Assembly: GCA_035625205.1 (NCBI GenBank)
Contig: DASPQB010000296.1
Coordinates: 3,041-67,040 of the forward strand
DNA: 64,000 bases
Direction: 5' to 3'
Source of the DNA: Nitrospirota bacterium
Lineage (GTDB): Bacteria > Nitrospirota > UBA9217
Shown here in pieces: positions 1 through 9,757 of the stretch (the stretch's first letter is position 1; each line of letters begins with the position of its first letter). A program made the position numbers and the translations under genes. The notes under the pieces are model-generated. The model worked only from the letters and a program-made list of their open reading frames with translations. It was not told the origin of the DNA and did no database searches.

Positions 1-456
1 CTGCTGCTCCCCGCCGGATAGCGTGGCAGGGTAGCAAGCCGCCTTCTTCTCGAGATTGATCCTCCGGAGCAGCGCCATGGCCTCTTCCTGGGCGGTCCTC
101 GGGGCGGCTCCCAGCACCTGCACGGGCGCTTCAATGATGTTTTCCAGCACGGTCATATGCGGGAAGAGATTGAACTGCTGGAACACCATGCCTGCCTTGA
201 GCCGGACCTGCCTGATTGCTTCCCAATCGTCCCGCGAAGGCCTCAAGCGGTTGATCGAGTGCAGCGCGATGTCGTCCACGACGATCTCGCCCTCTTCGAA
301 TGTCTCAAGACCATTGATGCACCGGAGGAAGGTGCTCTTACCGCTGCCCGACGGCCCGATGATGACCACGGCCTCGCCCCGCGCCACTTCGAGATCAAGT
401 CCCTTGAACACTTTGTGGTCGCCGAAAGACTTATGAAGGTTCTTGACTTGAATCAT
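1..456 (-). CDS. polar amino-acid ABC transporter ATP-binding protein (GlnQ-like); C-terminus runs off the window
   Basis: Own translation of the minus strand from the ATG at 456 gives MIQVKNLHKSFGDHKVFKGLDLEVARGEAVVIIGPSGSGKSTFLRCINGLE... It has Walker A GPSGSGKST, Q-loop MVFQQFNLFPH and the ABC signature LSGGEQQ at the window edge. It is absent from the ORF track because the frame is open at position 1. The + strand ORFs 56..436 and 157..462 are antisense shadows. Confidence 0.85.
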   Translation of the reverse strand, partial: MIQVKNLHKSFGDHKVFKGLDLEVARGEAVVIIGPSGSGKSTFLRCINGLETFEEGEIVVDDIALHSINRLRPSRDDWEAIRQVRLKAGMVFQQFNLFPHMTVLENIIEAPVQVLGAAPRTAQEEAMALLRRINLEKKAACYPATLSGGEQQ

Positions 457-590
457 ACCTGATTTTTAGACTAAACGGACCTTCGCCCCGATAATTACAG
501 CTTCAAACCTTCCGATCTTTTCTGTGCGTGCAACGAGGCCGCACCTGCGCATCCCTGCACTATGGCGGCAAAGGTTATTTTCACCGCTGA

Positions 591-2081
591 TCACCTGTTT
601 CCGTTGAGTTTCCGCTCTAATCTCTTTGCCAGGATTGAAAGCGGATAGCTCATGCCGAAGTATAAAATCGCTACCACAACACCCAGCTCAAAGTATCTGA
701 GCGTCGTTGCAGCCAAGATGCCGTACGTTTTCGTTAGCTCCACCATGGCGATCACGGAAACAATCGAGGAATCCTTGAAGAGTGCAATGAAATCATTCGT
801 CACCGCGGGCAGGCTGATTTTAACAGCCTGCGGGAAAATTACCCTCCTGAGCGCCAGCGCCCTCGGCATGCCAAGCGAAATGGCCGCCTCCATCTGGCCG
901 AGGGGAACAGCCTCCATTCCCGCCCGGTATACCTCAGCCTCGTAGGCCGCGTAATTCATACCCAGCCCGATGATGGCCGCAGCAAGGGGCGAGAGCGTAA
1001 TGCCTGCATTCGGCAGGCCATAATACAGGATAAAGAGCTGGATCAAAAGCGGCGTACCCCGGTAGATCTCGACATAGGCATTGGCAACGTTGCCTAACAC
1101 GGGAGGTCCGTAAAGCCTCGTCAATGCGAGGAAGAGGCCGAAGGTAATCGCAAGCGCCATGGACGCGACGGAAAGGAGGACCGTGACGATTGCGCCTTTC
1201 AAGAGCATGGGCAGGAACGAATAGAGCGGCGCGGCTTTACTCGCGGCGCGAAGCTTGTCGGCCTCGTCGTCGGCAGCCCCGAAGGAAAACAATTTTGTTT
1301 GGGCCCGGTCCCAGAGCCCCCACTTGTCATAGATTTGTTTCAGCTCGCCGGTTCGCAGTAATTTGCCTATCACCGCATTGACGGCATTCTTGAGGTCGCG
1401 GTCCGTCTGACGGAATGCAATTCCGTAAAATCCTTCACCTTCTGGAGGTCCGGCATATTTGAGGCGGGGATCAGGCTTGGCATAGTAGGCAGCGATTGGT
1501 GTATCTATGAACGCAGCATCGATCCTGCCCAATGCAACGTCATCGAACGGCCAAACTTCCGAATAATTTCTGATGTCCGCAACGCCGGTTTTTTTTAGCA
1601 ACGCATACGAGGTGGTACCGGCAAGCGTGCCGACGGTCTTCCCTCGCAAGTCTGCAAGATTCCTGATGCGCTCTTCGTCTTTTCTAACAACAACCTGGAG
1701 GGTATATACATAATACGGTCTGGACATGACCACTCGCATCTTGCGCTCGGGGATGATTTCTAACCCGTTCATGGCCATGTCATAGTCGCCCCGCTCGAGG
1801 GCCGGGACCAGGCTCCCCCACTCCGTCTGAACAACCCGGGCCTTAACACCAAGTTCCTTCGCAATTGCATCGGCTATGTCAGCCTCGAAACCAAGCAGTT
1901 TCGAAGGGTCTTTCGGATCAGGAAAAGCCATCGGTGCCCCGCCTGCAATGTCGCAGCCCCAGCGAAGAACTCCGCGAGCCTTGATCGTCTCAATGGTTGA
2001 AGGGGCTGCGGAAGCAGGTTGCGTGGAAAAGCAGAGATAGAGAATGATCGCGAGAGCAATGGACTCTACACGGTGCAACAT
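591..2081 (-). CDS. fused periplasmic amino-acid-binding domain plus ABC permease (GlnH-GlnP type fusion)
   Basis: The 496-aa ORF has an N-terminal signal peptide (LYLCFSTQPASA). It then has a family-3 solute-binding-like half (GVLRWGCD...APMAF, FIDTPIAAYY). A multi-TM half follows with a permease EAA-type loop (MEAAISLGMPRALALRRVIFPQA). It lies directly upstream of the ATPase at 1..456. Confidence 0.85.
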   Translation of the reverse strand: MLHRVESIALAIILYLCFSTQPASAAPSTIETIKARGVLRWGCDIAGGAPMAFPDPKDPSKLLGFEADIADAIAKELGVKARVVQTEWGSLVPALERGDYDMAMNGLEIIPERKMRVVMSRPYYVYTLQVVVRKDEERIRNLADLRGKTVGTLAGTTSYALLKKTGVADIRNYSEVWPFDDVALGRIDAAFIDTPIAAYYAKPDPRLKYAGPPEGEGFYGIAFRQTDRDLKNAVNAVIGKLLRTGELKQIYDKWGLWDRAQTKLFSFGAADDEADKLRAASKAAPLYSFLPMLLKGAIVTVLLSVASMALAITFGLFLALTRLYGPPVLGNVANAYVEIYRGTPLLIQLFILYYGLPNAGITLSPLAAAIIGLGMNYAAYEAEVYRAGMEAVPLGQMEAAISLGMPRALALRRVIFPQAVKISLPAVTNDFIALFKDSSIVSVIAMVELTKTYGILAATTLRYFELGVVVAILYFGMSYPLSILAKRLERKLNGNR

Positions 2082-2290
2082 GAAGGAACATTATCATTGA
2101 AAAAACATCCTGTCAATGAAGTTTTAGAATTCGCTTAAAATATACGTTCCTCTTAGGCTCAGAGCTGTCAACTCACTCATCAGAAATTACGTGCAGGTCC
2201 AAAGAACGAATTGCGGGTGATCGAACGATTTAAAGGACATGGGCGCCTTTTGTCCCTGGCGGTTCCAGGATTTTATTCCACTCTTGGAAA

Positions 2291-2782
2291 TCAAGATTTC
2301 AACTTGATGAGCAATTCATCCACCAGTGCAACCTGTGCGGGATTCAACTTCTGCTTTGCTTCATCAACCGTAAACCATCCCGCCCGGTCCACTTCCGGGA
2401 ACTCCTCCATCCTGCCGGAACGTATCGGCCACTCAAGCATAAAAGAATTGCTTCTGATAGTATCTGCGTCACAATTGCCCTCCGCAGCCCAGGCTATGAC
2501 GGTCTTGCCTCCCTTTTGCTTCACGGGCGAAAGAGGGATGAAGGCTCCGGCAGGCGTATACCCGGTTTCTTCTGTGAACTCCCTGAGCGCGGCTGAAAGA
2601 GGACCCTCGCCCTTGTCGATCTCACCTTTTGGAATGGACCAAATACCCGCATCCTTTTTTGCGAAGAAGGGCCCGCCAGGGTGAATGAGAAACACGCGGA
2701 GCACGTTATTCTCTTTTCTGTAAAGCAATATGCCTGCACTGGTCTTGGGCGTGCTCATGGAAGGAAACGGATGAATTCTCAA
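2291..2782 (-). CDS. NUDIX hydrolase
   Basis: A Nudix box is visible: GEIDKGEGPLSAALREFTEETG (G-x5-E-x7-REUxEExGU pattern). The start is uncertain: TTG at 2782, or ATG at 2758 (MSTPKTSAGILLY). Confidence 0.8.
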   Translation of the reverse strand: MRIHPFPSMSTPKTSAGILLYRKENNVLRVFLIHPGGPFFAKKDAGIWSIPKGEIDKGEGPLSAALREFTEETGYTPAGAFIPLSPVKQKGGKTVIAWAAEGNCDADTIRSNSFMLEWPIRSGRMEEFPEVDRAGWFTVDEAKQKLNPAQVALVDELLIKLKS

Positions 2783-3027
2783 GAACGATTGATTTTACAA
2801 CAGCGTCGCTTATGGCTTGGAGGAAGGGAATTAATGTCATTTCTTCCTTCCTCCGGGTCCCCGTCGTAGATTTTATCAGATGAGCGCCTCACGGCTGGTT
2901 GGCCCTCAAAGTAAATAAGCGTTCCTCAAATCTAGCATTATTGTACCATACAAATCGGATGAGGGGCTTTACAGATCACACTGGTACGACTATAATTTGT
3001 TCATCAACCAAGCGGGAGGCACATTTC

Positions 3028-5289
3028 GTGATCCGGAGACATGTTCATGGTCATCTACAGCCCCAAGATATACACGCTTTTCTTTTTGCAATCACAATTG
3101 TTTTCACCGCGATAGGCGCCCCCTCTTCCCTCCTTGCCCAGGAGGGCTTCATCCACCACGACCTCAAGGTAACACTCGCCCCTGACGAACGGCACATCAC
3201 TGTTATCGATGAGGTCAGTTTGCCCAAAGACTTTCCACAGGAGTTTGCCTTTGTTCTCCACAGCGGGCTCCATCCGACTCCCATGTCTTCCCTCGTGCGA
3301 ATCGTAAGACTGGGGCGGAAGGACGGTGCAGTGCCACTTGAATCGTTCGATGTTATCCTTCCTTCCGGTCTTCGCACGTTCACGGTCTCCTACGAAGGGA
3401 GCATTTACGAGGCTGTAGAACAGCCCGGCAAGGGACAAGGAAGCGGGGTCGTAGAAACGACGGGCATCGTCTTCGAAAACGGTGTTTTTCTTTCCGGCTC
3501 CTCATCGTGGTATCCGGATCTCGGGCCAAGTCTGGTGACTTTCACCATGGAGGTTACCTTGCCTCCGGGCTGGGACGCGGTCAGCCAGGGAGAGCGCACT
3601 CTCCACGACCGGGGCGAAAACAGGAACCTCGTCCGCTGGAAATCGCCGGAACCGCAGGAAGAGATATATCTCATAGCGAACAAGTTCTCCGAATATGTTA
3701 CAGCCACCAGTCTCGCAACTGCCATGATATTCCTCCGCACGCCCGACCAGGCACTTGCGGAACGGTATCTCAATGCCACGTCGCGGTACCTCGGCCTCTA
3801 TAGCAGGCTCATCGGACCCTACCCCTATAAAAAGTTCGCACTTGTCGAGAATTTCTGGGAAACAGGCTACGGCATGCCGTCATTCACGCTCCTGGGGCCG
3901 ACGGTCATTCGCCTCCCCTTCATCATCAACACTTCCTACCCTCACGAGATCCTGCACAACTGGTGGGGCAATAGCGTCTATCCAGACTACAAGCAGGGCA
4001 ACTGGTCGGAGGGGCTGACCGCTTATCTCGCGGACCATCTCATGAAGGAACAGCAGGGTGAAGGCAGGGAGTACCGCCTGACGACGCTCCAAAAGTACGC
4101 CGACTATGTGCTCGGCGGGAAGGACTTTCCGCTTACGCAGTTCCGATCGCGCCACAACCCGTCAACGGAAGCCATCGGTTACGGTAAGGGGCTTATGTTC
4201 TTTCACATGCTTCGGCTGCAGCTCGGCGACTCAGCGTTCAAGCAGGGTCTGCGGAATTTTTACAGAGACTACCGGTTTCGGTTCGCGTCGTTTAATGATC
4301 TCCGTACCAGTTTCGAGGCTGCGTCCGGTCAAGACTTAAAGCATGCATTTGAGCAGTGGGTCACGCGCGTCGGAGCACCCCGGTTGAAGATCGACCCGCC
4401 GAAAGTGTCGTCTGTGGATAAAACGTATATTTTGACTGCGCGGCTCGAGCAGACCCAATCCGGAGATGCCTACCATCTGCGCGTTCCTGTTGCCGTGACG
4501 CTGGCCGGACAGAAGCAGGCATTTCAAACCATGGTTGAGATGAAGGACATGAAGTCCGATTTCACGATCACCATTCCGTCACGGCCGCTTAGGCTCGATG
4601 TAGACCCGGAATTCGACATCTTCCGCAGACTCGACCGAGGCGAGACGCCGCCGTCCATCTCCCAAGCGCTCGGCGCGCGAAAGATGCTTATTATACTGCC
4701 TGATGCCGTCGATAAGGAGCGTTTGAGCGCCTACCGCGTGTTCGCCGAGACCCTGGGAGGGTCTGGTCCCGATGAGGCCGCGATAAAGCTCGATTCGGAT
4801 ATAGAAAACCTCCCGCAGGACCGCGCAGTCGCCATCATCGGTTGGGAAAACCGCTTTGCAGGCAGCATGGCAGGTTCGCTGTCCCGTTATGGTGTTGCCT
4901 TCAATCGGAGTACGGTAAGGATCGGCAAGGTTGACATCCGGCGGAAAAACCATGCAGTCGTGCTGTCCACGCGTCCATCGCAAGATAGCGATTTTGCCAT
5001 GCTCTTTATTGACTCCGATCTGGCTGAAGCCCTGCCGGGTCTGGCGCGAAAGCTGCCTCACTATCACAAGTACAGCTACCTCGTTTTTGAGGGAAAGGAA
5101 CCTGCGAACGTCGCAAAGGGTACCTGGCCGGTCTACAAATCTCCCTTGACCGTTTTCATCTCCGATAAAAAAAATGCGCCTGGGAAAAACGCAATGCTCA
5201 AGCTTGCGCCACGCAAGCCGCTTGCCGGCCCTGAGCCGAATCCATTCAGCGGAGAGCGTGGCGAAGACCAGTCGCTTCCTGCAAAATGA
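3028..5289 (+). CDS. secreted M1-family zinc metallopeptidase (aminopeptidase N-like)
   Basis: The gluzincin motif HEILHNWWGN-x-WSEG (HExxH-x18-E) sits near 3943, with an upstream GYGMPSF exopeptidase-like motif. I place the start at GTG 3028, 8 nt after the SD GGGAGG (3014-3019). This leaves a signal-like segment AFLFAITIVFTAIGAPSSLLAQE. The track ORF begins earlier, at 2899. Confidence 0.8.
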   Translation: MIRRHVHGHLQPQDIHAFLFAITIVFTAIGAPSSLLAQEGFIHHDLKVTLAPDERHITVIDEVSLPKDFPQEFAFVLHSGLHPTPMSSLVRIVRLGRKDGAVPLESFDVILPSGLRTFTVSYEGSIYEAVEQPGKGQGSGVVETTGIVFENGVFLSGSSSWYPDLGPSLVTFTMEVTLPPGWDAVSQGERTLHDRGENRNLVRWKSPEPQEEIYLIANKFSEYVTATSLATAMIFLRTPDQALAERYLNATSRYLGLYSRLIGPYPYKKFALVENFWETGYGMPSFTLLGPTVIRLPFIINTSYPHEILHNWWGNSVYPDYKQGNWSEGLTAYLADHLMKEQQGEGREYRLTTLQKYADYVLGGKDFPLTQFRSRHNPSTEAIGYGKGLMFFHMLRLQLGDSAFKQGLRNFYRDYRFRFASFNDLRTSFEAASGQDLKHAFEQWVTRVGAPRLKIDPPKVSSVDKTYILTARLEQTQSGDAYHLRVPVAVTLAGQKQAFQTMVEMKDMKSDFTITIPSRPLRLDVDPEFDIFRRLDRGETPPSISQALGARKMLIILPDAVDKERLSAYRVFAETLGGSGPDEAAIKLDSDIENLPQDRAVAIIGWENRFAGSMAGSLSRYGVAFNRSTVRIGKVDIRRKNHAVVLSTRPSQDSDFAMLFIDSDLAEALPGLARKLPHYHKYSYLVFEGKEPANVAKGTWPVYKSPLTVFISDKKNAPGKNAMLKLAPRKPLAGPEPNPFSGERGEDQSLPAK

Positions 5290-5681
5290 GTAGCAGGTAA
5301 ATCCAAAATTCGGCTCTCAGGTGCTTGACCAGGCGAAGATCTTTCCTCTGCAGGAAAAGGGCAGCATACCGATGTGAATGAATGCTATCTTATTAAAATC
5401 ATGAATCATTTATCAGATTTCTTGTGAACACTGAGGCCCGCGAAAAAATATCGATAATGGTCAGGGGCTCGGGGGATAAAACAATCATAAAAATCGTGGC
5501 AACGAACAATAAATATAACATTACAGTTTACATTTTACCCAAGCTTGTCATCTAAACTCTATCGGCACGTCTTATTTGCTTCTGGTATATTCCCGGCATT
5601 GAGTAGGCAGCATCTTTATTCAAACACTCTCATTAAATTCCCTTTATTTTTTTCTTTTGAGTTATAATAATAAGCAACAAA

Positions 5682-8393
5682 GTGTTTCTTATCAGATTCC
5701 TGATGTCATACAAAGGTTGCATTTTTGTAAAGGATTTTCTTGGCCAGATAATGCGTGCAAAAATGGCGAAAAGGGCTGACAGTCAAAAAACTTTCATTGA
5801 ATCTCATTTGAAACTTACTCCGCTCAGAATCACAATTCTCTACGCCGTCCTTGGCGGTCTGTGGGTATTCCAATCCGATTCGTTTCTTAATGCAATAGTC
5901 CACAATCCTAATACGCTCACTCAAATCTCAATCATAAAAGGCTGGGTCTACGTGGCCGTCACCGCCTACATTCTCTTTCTACTGATTCGTCATTTCGAAA
6001 AAACACATCTTACCAGTGAAAATCAATACCGGGAGCTTTTGGAACAGGCCTCGGATGGTATCATCATTTTCAATAAGCAGGGTAACCTCCTTACGGTTAA
6101 TGAGCAGGAATGCAAGATGCTGGGTTACACAGAAAAAGAATTCCTGAAGATGAATCTTCGTGAATTTTTTCCACCCGAAGATCTTATCGTTACGCCCCTT
6201 CGTTTCGAAGAAGTGCTCGCCGGCAAGACGATTCTGAGCGAGCGGAGGATTCGACGCAAGGATGGGACACTTTTCCCGGCCGAGATCAGCGGCAAAATGC
6301 TGAAGAACGGCTTGTTTCTTGCGATCACGCGCGACGTGAGCGAACACCGGCAAAAGGATGAAATCCTCGCCAGGCGCAGCCGTCAGCTCGAACTTCTTCT
6401 AAGCAGCATCAGGCAGATCAACACGGTCCTCGAGATACCGGTCGTGATGCGGGCCATTATAGAAACTGCTCTCGCATTGACGGGCGCTACATCGGGAGTT
6501 GCTGGCATCATGCAAAACGGCAAAATGGTATTCCGGGAATACAACCAGCGGGGCAAACTAATATCTTTCGAACACGTTTACGAATCCGGCTTGGGTATTC
6601 CCGGCTGGATCATGAGGACAGGGAAACCCTATATATCAAACGACGCGCAAAGCGACGTGGTCGTTACGCCTGAGGTTCGTGAGAAACTGGGTTTTTATAA
6701 CTTCGCCGGGGTCCCAATCTTCAGCCGGAACGGTAATCTCCTCGGTTGTTTCATTATCCATGATATGGCTGACCGGACGCCCTTCACCGACCACCATATA
6801 GAGATACTGGAGGGGCTGGCAGCAGGCGCTGCCGTAGCCATGGAGAATGCACAGCTTCTGGCCAAACACAAGCGCGTGGAGGCATCGTTGCGCGAGGGAG
6901 CGAAAAAGTTCAGGATGCTGACGGAGACCGTGGCTGCAGCCATCATTATTTACCAGGGTAAGTCGTTACGCTACTTTAACGCTACAACCGAAAAAATGAC
7001 AGGCTATTCTCCGAATGAACTTTTGCACATGAACATCATGAGCCTGGTGCACCCCGACTATCGTCAGATGGTGAACGAGCGCAGCAGTGCGTTGTGGCGG
7101 TCTAAAAAGCACTCCTCGCGGTACGAATGCAAAATTGTCACGAAAGCCGGGGACGAACGCTGGGTGGACTTCACTTCGGCCACCATAGAATTCGAGGGGA
7201 GGCCAGCGGCGCTGGGAACAGCCTACGACATCACGGAACGTAAAAAACTCGAAGAGCAATTCCGCCAGTCCCACAAGATGGAGGCTGTAGGTCTGCTGGC
7301 GGGAGGCGTTGCTCACGACTTCAACAACATCCTCACTGCGATCATCGGTTACGGTAACCTCGTAAAGATGAAACTCGCTGCCAATGATCTAGTCCACAAC
7401 TATGTCGACCAGATTCTTTCCTCATCGGAACGGGCTGCCAATCTTACCCATAGCCTCCTCGCATTTAGCAGGAAACAGATAATTAATCCCCAACCAGTGA
7501 ACGTGAATGATATCATCGTTGGTATCGGCAAGCTTCTTGACCGGCTCATCGGTGAAGATATCGAATTCAAAATTGATCTCGAAGGCCGTGCCTTAGTGGT
7601 TCTGGCGGATGCCGGCCAACTCGAACAAGTATTCATGAACCTCGCCACGAACGCACGAGACGCAATGATCGAAGGCGGGACGTTGACCATAAAAACTAAG
7701 CGGGTCGCGCTCGACCAGAACTTCATCACGAGGCACGGCTACGGCAGCGTCGGGAACTTCGCGCTGATCACCGTTACGGACAGCGGGTCCGGTATGGATG
7801 GAATGACCCAAGCGCGAATATTCGAGCCTTTTTTTACGACAAAGGAAATGGGAAAGGGGACGGGGCTCGGTCTTTCCATGGTATATGGAATTGTTAAACA
7901 ACACGATGGTTATATTGCTGTATCGAGCGCACCAGGGATCGGGACGACCTTCGAGATATATTTTCCTTTGGTTCAGTCTTCCGTAAATGAAACCGCGTCA
8001 GCGAAGACTGCTGATACCCTCGGCGGCACTGAAACAGTGCTGGTTGCCGAGGACGATGAAGCGGTCAGAAATTTGACAATGACCGTACTTGCGGAATCCG
8101 GATACACCGTCATAGGCGTATCAGACGGTGAACTTGCATTGGCAAAATTTATTGAGAATAAAAGCCGGATTCGTCTGCTCATATTTGATGTAATCATGCC
8201 GAAAATGAATGGGAAGGACGCATATGAAGAAATTCGAAAATTCCGTCCGAATATCAAGGTCCTTTTCATGAGCGGATATGCAGCAGATATTTTCGAGGAA
8301 AAGAACATCTCCGGAAAGGATTTAAAAATTATAGCAAAACCGATTGCGCCGACGGAATTTTTAAAAAAGGTTCGGGAAACGCTAGATAGTTAA
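5682..8393 (+). CDS. hybrid sensor histidine kinase (TM, PAS, GAF, PAS, HisKA, HATPase_c, receiver)
   Basis: It has the H-box GGVAHDFNNILTAIIGY, N/G boxes (NLATNARDAM, DSGSGM, GKGTGLGLS) and a C-terminal receiver (VLVAEDDEAV...DVIMPKMNG...MSGY). PAS-like segments (QYRELLEQASDGIIIF; FRMLTETVAAAIIIYQ) flank a GAF-like block. The start is ambiguous (5682 GTG, or ATGs near 5751/5763). Confidence 0.85.
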   Translation: MFLIRFLMSYKGCIFVKDFLGQIMRAKMAKRADSQKTFIESHLKLTPLRITILYAVLGGLWVFQSDSFLNAIVHNPNTLTQISIIKGWVYVAVTAYILFLLIRHFEKTHLTSENQYRELLEQASDGIIIFNKQGNLLTVNEQECKMLGYTEKEFLKMNLREFFPPEDLIVTPLRFEEVLAGKTILSERRIRRKDGTLFPAEISGKMLKNGLFLAITRDVSEHRQKDEILARRSRQLELLLSSIRQINTVLEIPVVMRAIIETALALTGATSGVAGIMQNGKMVFREYNQRGKLISFEHVYESGLGIPGWIMRTGKPYISNDAQSDVVVTPEVREKLGFYNFAGVPIFSRNGNLLGCFIIHDMADRTPFTDHHIEILEGLAAGAAVAMENAQLLAKHKRVEASLREGAKKFRMLTETVAAAIIIYQGKSLRYFNATTEKMTGYSPNELLHMNIMSLVHPDYRQMVNERSSALWRSKKHSSRYECKIVTKAGDERWVDFTSATIEFEGRPAALGTAYDITERKKLEEQFRQSHKMEAVGLLAGGVAHDFNNILTAIIGYGNLVKMKLAANDLVHNYVDQILSSSERAANLTHSLLAFSRKQIINPQPVNVNDIIVGIGKLLDRLIGEDIEFKIDLEGRALVVLADAGQLEQVFMNLATNARDAMIEGGTLTIKTKRVALDQNFITRHGYGSVGNFALITVTDSGSGMDGMTQARIFEPFFTTKEMGKGTGLGLSMVYGIVKQHDGYIAVSSAPGIGTTFEIYFPLVQSSVNETASAKTADTLGGTETVLVAEDDEAVRNLTMTVLAESGYTVIGVSDGELALAKFIENKSRIRLLIFDVIMPKMNGKDAYEEIRKFRPNIKVLFMSGYAADIFEEKNISGKDLKIIAKPIAPTEFLKKVRETLDS

Positions 8394-8472
8394 TCCGAAT
8401 CGCCCACTTCCCGTTTCCCCTATTCGATAAGCCTGAGGGCATTCGCTTCTTTTATGTGAAGGCACCCTGCTT

Positions 8473-9690
8473 CTAGAACGGCAAATGCATTCTTAATCGC
8501 TGGACAAAACCTGCTCCCGGGAGCCAAGCCTGTATGGAAGAAGTAAGGGGCCGGGTCAGGCAACTCATAATATGCTTCCGCTCCACAGCTTTTTTTAATA
8601 CTACAACCCACGCACCGGTAAGAACGCTATCCCCCTGCGAAAAGATCCCCATGTCCTTGCCGATCGAAATGAGCTGCGGCCTGCTTTTCGGTGTATACAC
8701 GACCATGTCCCGGCCACGCATTCGATTCGCGATATTCAGCGCAGCGATACTTGCCTGATTCTGAGCATGGTAAGCGAGCCGCTGAAGTAGCAGCGGTCCA
8801 TCTTGGTTGTAGACACTGACAGCGTCCCCGATACCAAAGATCCGATCATCATCGGGAGAATGAAGACGGTCCGTGACCCTGAGCCATCCACGCGGATCCT
8901 TCTGGAGGGGGAGGTCTCGGATCATTTTCGCCGGCTGGATGCCGCCTGTCCAGACGAGGACTGACGACGCACGGGGTCCTTCTCCTTCGAGCACCACACA
9001 GTCGTTCCGGACCTCGATGATTGGATGCCCAGTCACAACGTTGGCTCCATGCTCTCGCAGATAGTTCTCGGCGTACTCCTGTGCTTGAGGCGGAAAACCG
9101 GTCAGCAGGCGCTCCTTCCCTTCGATAAGATCGATCGAGATCGTTTCCTTTTTCAAATCGTCTTCCCTGCCCAGCCTTTTGACCAGATCAAGCAGCTCCC
9201 CGGCTGCTTCAACACCTTCCGTGCCCCCTCCAGCGAGGACAATGCGGCAGGTGGCGGTTGGATCTTCGAGCAGACGCTCAGCTTCCGTCCTGATGCGCTC
9301 CGCATCAACGGGCTTTCGAAAACAGAAGGAAAACTCCTCCGCACCCGGAATCCCGAAATAGTTATTTTCCGCACCCGTACTGACGATCAGATAATCATAC
9401 GGCAGTGTCCTGTCTCGGCAGATGACCTCCTTGTCCGCCTTACTCAGGGAAAGCACTTCATCCTGGATGAACCGGATGCCTGCCGGGACGAGCATGGCGG
9501 CAAAAGGGATCCGGATGCTCTCGACACTGGACTTGCCTGACACGATTTCGTGGATAGACGGAATGAAGTAATGAAAGGCGTTTCTATCCACGAGCGTTAA
9601 CGAGCCCGACTGTCCCAAAAGTTCCTTCAGCAAAAAAGCCGCCTCAAGCCCGCCAAAGCCGCCACCGATAATCACTACCCGCTGTCCCAT
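8473..9690 (-). CDS. FAD-dependent pyridine-nucleotide-disulfide oxidoreductase, type II NADH dehydrogenase (NDH-2)-like
   Basis: It has two dinucleotide-binding motifs, VVIIGGGFGGLEAA and IVLAGGGTEGVEAAGE. The start was moved to the ATG at 9690, preceded by the SD AAGGAG plus 5 nt. Confidence 0.75.
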   Translation of the reverse strand: MGQRVVIIGGGFGGLEAAFLLKELLGQSGSLTLVDRNAFHYFIPSIHEIVSGKSSVESIRIPFAAMLVPAGIRFIQDEVLSLSKADKEVICRDRTLPYDYLIVSTGAENNYFGIPGAEEFSFCFRKPVDAERIRTEAERLLEDPTATCRIVLAGGGTEGVEAAGELLDLVKRLGREDDLKKETISIDLIEGKERLLTGFPPQAQEYAENYLREHGANVVTGHPIIEVRNDCVVLEGEGPRASSVLVWTGGIQPAKMIRDLPLQKDPRGWLRVTDRLHSPDDDRIFGIGDAVSVYNQDGPLLLQRLAYHAQNQASIAALNIANRMRGRDMVVYTPKSRPQLISIGKDMGIFSQGDSVLTGAWVVVLKKAVERKHIMSCLTRPLTSSIQAWLPGAGFVQRLRMHLPF

Positions 9691-9757
9691 CTGCGCTCCT
9701 TTTCCAGAACGGGTCTTTCCCATGCACGTTGGAAACGTATGAGAAGAACCTCATTGA

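Noticed and set aside
56-462. Plus-strand ORFs 56..436 and 157..462
   Set aside because: They are antisense to a clearly recognisable ABC ATPase (Walker A, Q-loop, signature) read on the minus strand.
5563-5580. Sigma54-like element CGGCACGTCTTATTTGCT upstream of the hybrid kinase
   Set aside because: The GG-to-GC spacing is 2 nt longer than the canonical TGGCAC-N5-TTGC. No enhancer-binding protein gene lies nearby.
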